This document shows, one piece after another, positions 12,992 through 26,192 of a DNA stretch of 64,000 bases; the first letter of the stretch is position 1, and every line of letters starts with the position of its first letter. The translations under genes were made by a program, and so were the position numbers. The notes under the pieces are model-generated. The model was given only the letters and a program-made list of their open reading frames with translations. It was not told where the DNA came from and searched no databases. Origin of the DNA: Geosiphon pyriformis uo1 (taxonomy: Eukaryota; Fungi; Glomeromycota). Where the stretch lies: assembly GCA_016748015.1 (NCBI GenBank), contig JAAOMT010000590.1, positions 429,912-493,911 on the forward strand, read 5' to 3'.

Positions 12992-13755
12992 ATGTCAAGT
13001 TCGAATAGTGACCAAAAATATACAGAAACCGAAAAACTATTTAGCAGCACCACTAATGCGGAAGAAAGTAAAGAGGGGACTTCCCAAGTAGAACTTCCTT
13101 TAGGTGTAAAAAAGAACAAAAAGAAAAAGAAATCTCGTTCTTTGGGTCAACCCCCTGTTAAATCAGAAAATAGCCCAGATATACTTAAAGAGGAAACAAG
13201 TGAATTGACAAAACCTGAAGGTTCAAAAACTGATTTTAAAACTACAAAAAAGTCACTCAGGTATTCTCTTATTCTCTTTTTATCATTGACAGGACGGTAC
13301 TTGATGTAATTGACTATATAATCTTTGATTTTGAGTCAGCTCTGAAGGTCAGCCATTTACTTGTCAAGTACCTACATGCAAAAATCGACTTACAATCACC
13401 AGCATTACTTGTCAATTCTGTAATATGACCTATTGCATGACCCACCGGTGACCTCAAATTCTATTCTATTGTTCATTCTAATTTGATTGAACTTGCAATT
13501 TATATGCTTTTTGGTATTTGATGAAGTTACCCTGAGTCACATTCCTCGAAATGTGCTGAAAAAACACGCAATTTGGCTCACGCAGAATTTCAACAAGAAT
13601 CAATGCGATTTATTGCCGAAGAACGCCGTAATCCAGGAATGACCAACAAAAAAAGTTTTAATCTCGAGAAAAGCAAAGAAGATATCAAAAAAAGATATAA
13701 AGAAAAGTTGGAAACAGCTAAGCGAAAAGAGAGAGGTGGTGGCAGTAAAGGATAA
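12992..13755 (+). CDS. AN1-type zinc-finger protein (resembles the IGHMBP2 C-terminal finger), 3 exons
   Basis: Spliced product contains CQVPTC-x10-CQFC-x4-CMTHRYPESH-x3-C, a Lys-rich N-terminus and a charged helical C-terminus. Introns at about 13261-13339 and 13448-13527. Confidence 0.75.
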
Positions 13756-13875
13756 CAGAGTGGATATTCAAGAGTATTAGAATTTATTGTAACTAACTCT
13801 TTAGATTGTATTATAGTTATCTTGACTTATTATTTGATGAAATCCTTAAATTTCCTACATACCTCTAAGTTGGAA

Positions 13876-13958
13876 GGTGACTTGGCCGAGTTGGTCTAAG
13901 GCGCCGCACTCAAGTTGCGGTCTCGAAAGAGGCGTGAGTTCGAATCTCACAGTCACCA
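13876..13958 (+). tRNA. tRNA-Leu(CAA), intronless
   Basis: Acceptor stem GGTGACT/AGTCACC, A-box TGGCCGAGTTGG, anticodon arm CCGCA-CT-CAA-GT-TGCGG, long variable arm, GTTCGAATC T-loop and a T6 terminator near 13982. Confidence 0.96.
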
Positions 13959-14264
13959 AATTTGTCGATTAGTCTGCAAAATTTTTTGATGAAATACGAT
14001 TTTTCTATCCATCATGCTATCCAATCCGATCAATGCACCATCTGCAAAATAAATCTTTTCTGTTGTGAAATTTTACACGAAATTTTACTGAACCAATCAC
14101 GTGGAACATTACCACAATAAATTATTAAACGCACATTGCTTTTCAGCGTCTAATCGAGCGAGCACTCACCCTATACGTTCCTTCGTCAAAATCTAGAAGT
14201 TGTCTTCGTCCTTTTGCTTAAAACGCATATTAAATTTTCCTATTTTTTAAAATACTACTTAATC

Positions 14265-16033
14265 ATGGCAGCCGTAGTAGAACCCCAAAAGGTAGGTAGA
14301 AGAGAAAGCTGTCTCGACTTCTCATGACTTGCATCTCTGAGATGACCTTTATTCACTATTATTAACACTTCCAATCCTGATTCTCTTTCATAGGTTTCTC
14401 TCAATAATTATGTGGGGTTCGACTCCATCACGCGACAAATAGAAAAAAAGTTGTTGAAGCGAGGTTTCCAATTCAACGTTATAGTTGTTGGTGAGTCACC
14501 TCATGATTCACCTATATAGTACTCATAATTATGAAGCTATGACTAGTTTTACTCAAATTCTAATCTTTTACTGAACAAAAGGTCAAACCGGGCTTGGGAA
14601 GTCAACCCTCATTAACACCATCTTCGCTGCTCATCTAATTGACAGTAAAGGTCGTATAAATGTTGAAGAACCTTTTAGACAGACGACTGAAATTCAAACA
14701 GTCTCACATTGTAACCCTCAAATTTCACGAATTATGTTTTACATTTGATTTATAAGTCATCAATGGTAATCAAGCTGATCTATAATTATACTTGATAAGT
14801 GATTGAGGAAAACGGTATTCGTCTGAGGCTAAATATTGTTGATACACCTGGCTATGGCGATCAGGTTAACAATGAAAACTGGTCAGTTGACTCGACTTTA
14901 TAAATTATTCACTCGATTCACAAATTTCCTAATATATCAAATTAACTATTCTTAAAATTAATAGCTGGGAGCCAATCATTAAATATATTAAAGATCAACA
15001 TTCTGCCTATCTTCGAAAAGAATTGACCCCGATGCGAGAGCGTTACATTCAAGACACAAGAATTCATTGTTGCTTATTCTTCATTGCTCCTACGGGTCAT
15101 GCGTATGTAATATTTGATTGTTTTGAGATTTTTAATTCATGCTTATATGATGGATTTCCATCTCACTTGAATGGAAATTATGTTTTTACCTCCCAATAGG
15201 CTCAAACCAATCGATATTGCTGTATTGAAAAAGCTATCCGAGGTTGTTAACGTAGTTCCAGTTATCGCTAAATCGGATTCTCTTACAATGCAAGAAAGAC
15301 TGTCATTTAAGTCACGAGTTTGTATAGCTTCTTATTTGAAAACCTGGAGCTATTACTATTCTTTTAAATTTTATTAATATTCTTGACTTTTATTATCAGA
15401 TAAAATCGGAATTGGGTCATCATAATATCAAGCTATATCCTTACGATAGCGACGAACTTGAAGAAAGTGAGCGTTCTCTCAATGAAAGCATAAAGGTACA
15501 TCTATTATCCTTCAGTGATGTTGTGATATTTATGATAGAAATGTACTTACTAGTTATATGTCTGACCGTTTAGTCATTGATTCCGTTTGCAATTGTCGGA
15601 TCAGAAAAAAATGTAATCATTGATGGCAAATCGGTTCGTGGTCGACGAAATAGGTGGGGAGTAATCAATGGTAAAGATACTATTTTATTAGCGACAAGTT
15701 GTTCGTAATCTTGAATTGGGGAAATTATATTCTAGCTCACCTCAATCATTCAATTATAGTGGAGAACGAAAATCACTGTGAATTTGTTCATCTTAGAAAT
15801 TTCCTTACAAGGTAAAATTATAAAAACTAGATTTGCTTTAGATGCTCGTTAATATTCGAAATTCATTTTCTTCTCATTTCAGAACACATCTCTCAGATTT
15901 AATTGAAACTACTGCTCAAATTCACTACGAAGCCTTCCGCTCCAAACAACTGCTCGCTTTGAAGGAGTCGGGCTCCAAGCAGGAACAACATCAGCAACAA
16001 CAACAACAACAACAACCAGGCACAGTTATTTAA
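14265..16033 (+). CDS. CDC10: Septin, Cdc10/AspD/Spn2 group, multi-exon
   Basis: YVGFDSITRQIEKKLLKRGFQFN, GQTGLGKST, DTPGYGD, AKSD, SUE element RGRRNRWG. No C-terminal coiled coil; short poly-Q tail. Confidence 0.92.
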
Positions 16034-16503
16034 CTTTTTTTCGTGAAGAATTAATTTTATAAAGTATATTTAAAACATCCCATTTCGACTTGGGAAAATA
16101 TTTTTATTGGGTAGTATACTTTTTCTAAACATAAATTATTAGATTAATATTGGGGTCTATTACTTATACAACCCCCTTACACTTTATTAGTTAACTTGTT
16201 TTTGATATTTGTATTTTTGGGATCGTATTTAATTTAGAATAAAAATTTCTATAAAGATTAGCCTCCATTTAATTATCAAGAATATTATACAAGCATTGTT
16301 GAATAGTTAAGGAAACATGAGATCCGTGCTTTAGTGTTTCTTTGATACCCTCAGCTTTTCATATTCACTAAATATACTTATAAAAATATAAACATGGATT
16401 GCATTATTTGAGTGGTTTGTTGCCCAATCTGAGAATAATTTGGATATTTCGTCTTGCCATGTTATAAATATTGTCACGATCTTTACGTGATATTAGAGCC
16501 GCA

Positions 16504-19500
16504 TTATATGCTTTCGCGAAAGATTTGGTCAAAAACTGCAAGGATATCGTTGAAACAGCTTTTAAAGGAAAAATTTCGAGTTTAAGAAACTTTAAAATTT
16601 TCAAAATATGGTGAAAAACGTAGCAATCACCTTGAAGCACTCCTTAATTTTCGAGAATCAGACAAATTTTCCTTTTCAATTGCTTTCTCATGGTTATTAT
16701 TACTGGCCGAGGCTACTTATATCAAAAATTTGAGCCCTCTGTAGATTCAGCTAAAAAATAAAATAAAGGCTGAACAATACTTACCTTGATCATGATCTGC
16801 CTGAAGTTTTTCTTTTTCTTTCAAATCAGATGCCACCGTACAGCTACGCAGCCAACTTACTAGATCTTCATTGTATCCACGATTGGAAATAGGTTGAAAA
16901 ACGGATAAGGACGGCGTGTCATCTTGAATTTGAGTAGACGGGCACTCTCGAGACTCGTTGATATTTGGATTAGGGTTACTTTGCTGCCCTTCTTCGGTCA
17001 ATTGGAGTTTGGCTTCATCCTCCACATATAAAGTTTCTTTTAAGGAATCAGTTTCGCTAATTATATCAATTTCTGAATTCATATCTATCTCTATGATATT
17101 GTTTTCCTGATCGCTCGGGGGCCATTTAAAGGGTGTTGGAGTGTTACCTCGAGAAGACTGATTATTCAGAGAATTACTGGGTTCAATTTCTTTAATTATT
17201 GTTGGAGGCTCTTCCCTGGGAAAATGAGCGGCATTTGAGTTATTCATTTTCTCATGAAATTGGTTGAGCTCTGAAAGGGAGGATTCAAAGTGATTTATGT
17301 TTGTTTGTTGTTGATTGAACCCCATTTGTTGATCGCCACTCAATAATATAAAAGGACTTTCTGATGAGGATGTACCCTGTGGATTTGAGCTATTGACTTG
17401 ACTAAGTGATTGTATTAAATGGTTGTCTGATAACGAATCGTCGAAAAAATCTCTTTGTTCGATGAAAGTGATCTCTGGATCTTCTCTCCGACCCTTACCG
17501 TCCCTATAAAAGTTTAAATCCTGTTGCGGGTATGAGGAGTTAATAAAAGCTCTCTCATCCATATCTTTCCCATATTTTTCTTGGTGTTGGCCAGGAGAAG
17601 ATGTTGATTCCTGAAATCTTTCTGCCCCTTTCGATGATACATTGCTTTCTTGGATACTGCTTGACTCATTCTGTTTGATTCTTTTTTCTGCCGAATAGGT
17701 AGGCTCTGATCCAGGTAGAAATAAACCTTTGCGCTTTTTTGGTTTATGGCGACAACCAACTTTACAGCATTCGTGAGCACATCTAAATTGTGTTCAATAT
17801 TGAGGATCGCTGAATAAACAATGCTACGAAAGAAAATATAGTAAAATACTTTTCTTTATCCTTGCACGCATGACTGCATTTAAAACGGCCATTTGGAAGT
17901 TTTTCAAGATTATCATCAACAAGATCAATGAGTTCCACTTCTTGAATCAAGTCACGTTCCTCAGAAGCTCTTTCGTCTTTTGGATTATGGTCCAAATAAA
18001 GATTGAGACGTGGTGGTAAACCTAACAAAGAGTCGATTGTTTGATAATTATAAAACTTCAGACCGAATTCATTTAGATGCTACCTACTTGGTACAGGGTC
18101 TTCAGTAAGATATTGGTCGGCTTCGTCCCAGTTTGTAAGGAGCTTAAAATCAAAAAGTTAAATATCTTTTGTCGATATTTTAGAAAATTGACATTAATAC
18201 CTCATTTTCATGTCTCAAAAGTTGTTTGATGGTTGTTGGATTGATCGAATTATTAAATTTACTTGGGTCAATTCCTGGATCGATGGTTTTTTTAACATCC
18301 AAGCCGACTGGGAGAATGATAGCTTTCAAAATCGCATTTATAGTAAAGCTAAATGCAAAGTACAAATCGGAAACCCACCATAATCCTCTAATAAGACCGA
18401 GCAAATAATATTTTGACTAGCCGCAGTTAATTTAACTTTTATCCGGAACTTGAACCCCTGTTGAACCTTTGTCAGGCTGAAGTGGGCAAAGCAATTATAC
18501 TATCAGTTCAAATGTAGAGATATGCTGCAGTAGAAAAACTGGCAGAAAATTGTTTTTTGCCATAAATTTCGAGAAAACACTCGGAAGCTGTCTTGAAGAT
18601 ATATCACACTTATTCAGATTCAAGATTTTCACCCATCTGGAATCAATCTGAAATTACAACTTACGGAAAACGTCGGTAATCCAAAAGTATCGCGTCTGTG
18701 GTAACGGCCAAAAACGTGGCGAATAAACTCATGCCGTTATTTTTCGTCTTCACTTTGGTGTTTGTGATGCTTATTTCGATATTAAGTTCAATATCAGTAG
18801 AGCTATATTCACTGTACTAAAGGTGATTAAAGGAGAATAAAAAGGTAAGTTAATCCTGAAAAAAGTCCAGTTGATAACATTTACATAAGTGATCGGAAAG
18901 TTCATGACATACCAAAGTTACGTCAAGCTTGAATTGAGGAAGAAGAGAAAGGGCATCGAGAACCTGATTTGATCAAGATTTTAATCATCTCAAATAAAAT
19001 TAAGAAATGTGAATATCATGAGCAATAATTAAAATACTTGATTCCCGAAAGGTGGATTACGATTTACGATCTATGAATTTCAGATTGGAATATATTTGTT
19101 AAGTTCACTGTGATTTGTTGCATTCACTTTGACAAATACAATTTAATCATAAAGAACACCATCTCGATTCGTCGCGCATCACAGTTCTCCAATTGAGCAA
19201 AAGTTTGAATTCCCGCGGTAGCAAGCAGGCGTGCATATTGTTGCCCTGTTGATGGAAATAAAAGGAAAATTAAACCTGTACAAACTTTTATAGGATAAGA
19301 AGATAATTACCAATTCCATCAAGTTGCCGTAATATACAAGGGGAATTCTCCCAAGTCTTAGCTTTCAAACACCGAGATCTTTTTAGTTGAACATCAAATT
19401 AATGAAATTGAACAGAATCAAGAGTATCAAGGATCAAAACACTTACAAGTCAAGGGAGTTCTGCAGCGAAACAACATCACGCTTTTGTACCATGCATTCT

Positions 19501-22500
19501 ATAAGACCTATGGAAAGGTAATCAAATTATTAATAATGTATCCAGGCAAAGTTCCAATATTTTTGGTTGGAAATTTACAGTTCATAATACGTGGACTGTG
19601 TTGAAGAATGACGTTTGCTTCCATGTTCATTTGAAATCCCATTTTGGGATCTGAGAAGGCGATATTTCCAAGAAGGCACTATTTGAGAAAAAAATTAGTT
19701 TGTAAGGAAGATGAATGTTATACATGGTTTCTCTATCGTGAACATACTTGTAACATTAAAAATATCTTTTGATCCACGCGTGTTACCCTCCCTTTGATAG
19801 GGAATCGAATATCTGGACTTTTGTTTATATTATTTAACACCTATGTAATATAAAATAAAAATGGTGGTATATATCAGAGAATAATTAGTTTTGTTACAAT
19901 AAGCTTACTTGTTTTTCCCCTTGATGAAACCGAAGTTCGTAAAATTCTTCAGCCTTTGATAATAATTCGAGCTTGATGATGGTTGCCAAAAAGTTTGAGC
20001 CAGTACCTTGAATGAATGAATGAATGAAAATCGTGATATTAAAAATACATACCAAATCCTTAATATCAGCCTTTGAATGAAGATGGACAATATTGGCCAT
20101 AGTCCTATATTTTAAATAATATTTTGCCATAGCTTCCCCGTATTCTGATTAAAGAAACTAAGGTTAGATTAAAACTACATTTTAAAAGAAGCTTTACAAT
20201 AACGTAAAATTAACCTGTAATTTTTAGAGAATCTCCATTTTTTGAGATGAGATCCGATTCATTTAATAGGTCTAAATCTTTAGCACAGATTTCTGTTTCC
20301 GCGAGATAAAAGATGCTGACTTTGAATAAGTTTGATTAAGAGAATTAAAACGCGTCTTATTAATTTAAACTTACCCTCCAACTGCTTTTCGAAATTAAAA
20401 TTCCTATGTTCGTCTCCTTCCAATTTGTAAAAAGTGGGATTTAATTTGATCCGAACATAGAGAAAAGTAGATCTAAGCCTTTAAGCAAAGTGAGATGAGA
20501 ATTCATCATTAACAAAATCAATGATGTCATGAATAATTATACCTACCATTGCATTGTTTTTTGGACATTATCGATTGTTCCAAGAGATATTTCAGCATTA
20601 AGATGCTCTGTAAGATTTTCATGTAGGCTGATAACAATTAATAATCCCAATGGATAAAAAATTAATTCAGAACAAAAGAAAAATAATTGTCAAGTTCAAG
20701 TCAAAATCAAATAAACTATTCTATCATCTACCTGCTCTCTAGAACTTCTGTCCCGGAAACCAAGTTCTCGTACTTTGATTTCATATTGTGGCTAGTCATT
20801 ATCACCGCTACGAAATATTAAGAGAAATTATTACAGGAGAGATTTATGAGGGAATGAATTTTAAATACAAAATTCTCTTACCGACGCCACTATCGTCAAA
20901 TTGGGGTCGTCCCTGAAATTCAACGAAATTTGGATAGTATAATCCAATACCCAATATAATATTTAACAATAAAATTTTAGAAAATGAATTACTGCTCGCC
21001 CAAGCATTTGCATGATCTCCAAATCAGAGTATTCAGTATACTGTTGATTGTTCCATACAAGAGTTGATTTTATGATTACCAAATGGGCTGGGAGATTAAC
21101 CTAAATAAATTATTTATAAATTTTCTATGAGCCCAAGAACAAATCTGGAATTTTTTCAAATAATAAAACAATCAATCGATACCCCAACAGACAATGTAGA
21201 AGTCGTGCCTAATTTTGAAAAATATAAGAAAAGTTTTCAAATATATGATGAGTAGGGAGATGTGATTTGACTCACATACAACACGGATGACACCATTGAT
21301 GAACATAGTTTCGATAGTTTTGCGATCCTTGAAATCTAGCCCGGCGTGATGAAAAGCGATGCCCCAAACACACAAATCTAAAACGAGTTTAGGTAGTTTT
21401 ATTGATTTTTTCAAGAGCTATATATAATAATGTTAAAACAAAGATTTTCATACCTTGGATTTTTTTGTCTTTCAAGGGAACAATTTTCCTATCAGATTAG
21501 CAAATAAATATAATTGACATCTAGGTGTGTGATACAGTATTGATTAATGATGAGCTTACGTCGGTTGAATGATCCAAGGTAGTCGGGTACCATTTTTTTT
21601 CATGTCTTGAAGTTGCTGAACAAGAGTGTGACAAGCAGCTTCAGTCGATTTCCTCGTCGCACAAAACTAGATTAAAAATATGGAATAAACTTCAACGGGA
21701 AAGATGAAGGGTAAGAGCTTGAGGCATTTTTTGAATTACTCACGACAAGAGTAGATTTGCCGTTTGAATGAGTTTGGATAATTTCAAGAAGCCTATAAAG
21801 ACATGTAAATCGATGAGGGTTTGAAGAATTGACACGGTAAAGCGTTTTGAACCAAAAAGAATTACTTGTAATCTAATTTTTTGTCAAACATAAATCCATT
21901 GATTCCTTCCATCGGATATGAAAGAACATGTCGCACAAGATGAACTGGCCGATACTCTTCCCCATATTGCAAAATATTTGCTATAAGAAAATATGAAAGG
22001 AAAATTATTCATTGGAATGACCTAATATCTTGAAAGTAAGAATCGTATACAAAACAAAAAGGAATTATTTACCCTTTTCATTGGGATATTGCGCTTCTAA
22101 ACCAATCCAAGCTGCAACATCGTCGACATTGGGCACAGTAGCTGAAAGGGCAATAAAGCGTATAGAATTACCCATTGTTTTCATTCGGCTTACCTATTAA
22201 AGAAACCATAAAAAATAGGGTATTAACTTGATGTGAGGTTTTTGCATCTTGGGAATAAGAATCATATTATTAACTTACTACAGCCTCAAGCGTGGCTCCT
22301 CGCTTTTCTTTGAGCATGTGTACTTCATCGATCTTTCATATATGACCAATTAAGTTGACAAAGCGTAATAAATGAACAATAAAGCAAATGTCATAATGGT
22401 AAGCAACTCAAGCACGAATGATCGATTGACCTAGGTACCATAAAGAGTTTCAACAAAGCAAGAAGATATCGATGATCTTTCCTGAAAGAAACGAGAGTTA

Positions 22501-24354
22501 GATTAGATATAATGTAAGAGATTTTCTTTGGTCAATAAATCTTACTCACCATCGACGCGTCATGGAATCCCATTTTTCTGGGGTCGTCACTCTATTAAAA
22601 AAATCAGTTTTTTTATTTTAATACAATCAATAATCAAGAAATATCCCAACTTATTTCTGAAATACATTATATCGCATCTTTTGATTTCGGCAACATGCGC
22701 TTGATCGGTATCCCCAGTCAATTCACCGCCTATAAAGATAGACAGGCCAGAAAGGTAGGTATTAGACGGAATTGATAAATGTTTAAAAAATTTCTGTTCT
22801 CTAGATTTTACAACACTATACATGATACTCCGATAGTTAGAAACTTTTGTTGCCAATCCCTGGCGCGTTCTGAGCATAATGCCTGAAATCAAATAAATAA
22901 TGTAAGTAACGCATAGTTTCTAAATTTCATGACTAATTAAGTGACTGTGCAGCAATATACTTTTGTTGGAGCCATGTAAACCATTTTTGCACGATCACCT
23001 CCAGATTGCATCAACAAATGGATCATAGCGAGTTCAAAAATCACCGTCTTACCGGCACCAGTAGGAGCTTTAATAGAAGAGATATTAATGGAAGAAATCT
23101 ATTTGCCACAAAAGATTATCTGCAAAGCTTACCACTCACGACAAGGTTTACATTGGAATATAGTGCCTTGTAGCATATTTAATAGTATTAGAATAGCTCT
23201 GTAAAAAATAATTTTAAATATTATCTATGTTTCAAACTCACCAAATCAATCGATTGGGATTGCATGGGATTAAATGAGTCAAAAGGAAATAATGATCGAA
23301 AGCGATCAGCTAATTGTAAGTTGTAAAGTTAAAAATACTAAAAGATAAAAACAAATGACCCTCTATCTGTGATTTTAAAATATATGAAAGGATACGAAGC
23401 TCTGAAACGCGACGAAGCGTTACCGTCGATTTAGTTGGAGTAGGAGTACAAATTTTCGGTGAACTAGCTGATAGGATGAAATAAAAAAAACAATTAATCT
23501 TTGAAGAAAGAAAATATATGAAAAACCAATTCCGAGTATTCTTACAATAATTAGGTACAGTTGAATATGTTCTTTGATTGGACGTCTGATAGGTATTATT
23601 TGGTGAGGCTGGAACCTTTTGCAATGAAGTCACAATTTGTCAAATTTATGTGTCTTGATGATAAGACCTCGAAATTACGGTAAACCTCACCAAATATCCC
23701 ATAGATTCGTGATTAGAAAATCCTTCATCTTGGTTCCAAGATGACTTCTGTAGATTTTTAGAGAAGAAATTCATTTCTGTCGTTTGATTCATTCGAATAA
23801 GATCTTGATCTAATGAACTAAGATCTAATTCAGAGCGATCAACATTAAAGAATGTTGCTGGACGGGTATAATCCAATGGTTTTAAATGAACATTATGAGG
23901 GTAGCGTGAAGTTGAAACAAGTTGATTTTGATGAGGGTGAGTGGAATTCAAAGATAAAGGTTGCAATGGACGTCGATTAGAAAGATTTTGGTAGGAAATC
24001 GAGGCCATAGTAGAATTTTGAGCTTTATCTTGTATCGAAAAAATAAAATCGAATGGAAAAAGATTATAAAGTAAAACCCACTAGACAAATCTTATTGGCA
24101 ATATTTTCATTACCTTCATCGTCACATGAAATCGGTTCTGTAATTTCGAAATCAAATTTCTTTGCCGGATTAAATCCACTTGTTCCAGGCGAGTTTATGT
24201 TTACCAAAGTCGCTTGTTGAAAGGGTGCATGTGGACTTGAACTGTTATTGGTAACCGTAAGAGTGGATCGAGTCGAGAAAGTTGGTTTTAGGCGGTTATC
24301 ATTGAAAAATATCGGTTGCAAAAGGTCAGCAACGTCTTTACTTCGATAGGACAT
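16504..24354 (-). CDS. MER3: Meiotic DExH helicase Mer3/HFM1, more than 30 introns
   Basis: APTGAGKT, TTPEKWDSMTRRW, IDEVH, LSATVPN, HHAGL, QMLGRAGRPQFD, Sec63 region and C4 finger CSHACKDKEKCAHECCK. Last exon probably ends ...ILAVFDQIFRESI*. Termini are less certain than the core. Confidence 0.9.
23310..23395 (-). other. U12-type (minor spliceosome) GT-AG intron in MER3
   Basis: 5' site GTATCCTTT and branch-like TTTTTAAC 18 nt before the intron end. Removal joins RRVSEL-P-DRFRSLFPF in frame. Confidence 0.75.
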
Positions 24355-25034
24355 GTTTAGATATTATCCAACAATCTATTAAACGATAAATCGATGTCGG
24401 ATGGGAAAAGCCAGGATAATTTTTTTATTTGACAAAAATCTGTAAATGCGTATCCATCATTGTTATAATCATAATAATCATAATAATCAACCATTAACAC
24501 ATCATTCTTACGTCAAGTATTGTAAAACGAAAATTTTGGTGTCCCTTTGTTGAAGCCCAAATTGATTTCATTTTTGAACCTTCAGATTTTTAAGTAAATA
24601 GCTTTGCTGATACCAAAATTGATTTCTTTATGATATCTCTCAAATCTACTTTTTTGAATTTTTAATAATAATATTTGCATTAATTAAAAAATAATAATTT
24701 CGTATTAAATTCTTGTTTCATTACTTGATTACAGAAGAAGCAGTTCAACCAGAAAACTCGCCGATATCTTTCCAAATGAAATCATCACATTTTTCGACTT
24801 TATCCAATTTTTTTTGAATTTCACAAAATAGAGAATTTTTGCTTCTTTTGAGTGAAATTCATTAAAGAAATTACTATTTCATATATGTCTCATCATGATG
24901 AATAAGGCCAAGTTTTAAATAATTTTTTGGGTAAAACCTTTGGATAGATAATCTATCAACAAATTCTGAATTTTTAATTCAAAAGTTTTCAAAAAATCAA
25001 TAATAAAAAATATTATTTCCTATTAATAACATTT

Positions 25035-25202
25035 ATGTATTATTATTTTTTTATTTTACGACTCGGGCCGATCCACCGAACGACCTACAAAAAACGTTAG
25101 AGACCAACTGCCGCCATGCCACACCCCCGAACACTGCGAATGATTCAGCAAACCAACCCTTAAAAACGAAGCCCTTAGCGATCGCCATATAAACACGAAC
25201 AT

Positions 25203-25203
<1 letters not shown>
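25035..25203 (-). mobile_element. Short LINE ORF2 C-terminal fragment
   Basis: VYMAIAKGFVFKGWFAES matches the motif at 1101-1325 and 51871-52248; a GC/CpG-rich island in AT-rich flanks. Confidence 0.65.

Positions 25204-25273
<70 letters not shown>
25204..25273. repeat. (ATT)n microsatellite, about 23 units
   Basis: Perfect trinucleotide run directly abutting the LINE fragment. Confidence 0.97.
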
Positions 25274-25275
<2 letters not shown>

Positions 25276-26192
25276 AAATAATATATCAATATATAAAATA
25301 AACATTGCCAAATAAAAAACAAATTAAAAAAACAAATATATATATATAAAAAACAAAAATTCAAATTATTGTATTTCAATTTTTAAAACTAATAATAAAC
25401 AAGTCATTCACAAAAATTAAAAATTGACAATTTAATTGAATATTTATAATAATTGTTAATCAGATCAGAAAACAAATTTTATTGATATAAAATTATGTAA
25501 ACACCGAATTTATTTTAAATGTCATTCACTTCCCTTTATTGGTTAATCAGCCTGATTGTTTATTGTCAATTTCAGAGAGCATTTTAAAAGGATGTGATCA
25601 TAGATAATAATAAACACAATGGACGCGCTTTCGCTTAATCCTTGTAATTAATATTTCTATATTTATCATATTAATTACTCGATAGTTGCGTTGCATTCTC
25701 GGCTGATAAGAATGTCGAGTTGATTTAATTTATTTAAGGTTGGATTGGGTAGATTACATGTTCAACTATAAATGGAAATTCTGAGGAGTTTCATCTTTTT
25801 AAAGTGCGATGGTGTCTCATAAGATTTAACGTTGAAGTCATAATTTCTTCCTCAGATGACTGATGCCCTTTTCATTTGGTAGCGACTGCCTAACTTTAAT
25901 AAGCCAGATGACCGATTTTTGAGGTAAAACTCTGGATCTGGAATATTATCGAGTTCCTACGTTTTCCGTGCAAGAGTACCACATGAAGATTTTGATCATA
26001 TTTCACTTTGACCGTAGAGACAAAGTACCATCAAGTTTCATCCCGGTAAAATTGAATTTTACTCTTCATAATCGCGGAGTGCAACACGTGGAATCAGGAA
26101 TTTTTGATATAGGATTTTCTGGTATAAATGACCCTCATCAAAATGAACTTGGGATTCTCACAAAATCCAGAAAGCTAAAGTGAAAAAAGTTA

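Noticed and set aside
25051-25311. 86-aa ORF with an apparent poly-Ile TM helix
   Set aside because: An (ATA)n repeat fused by chance to a LINE fragment.
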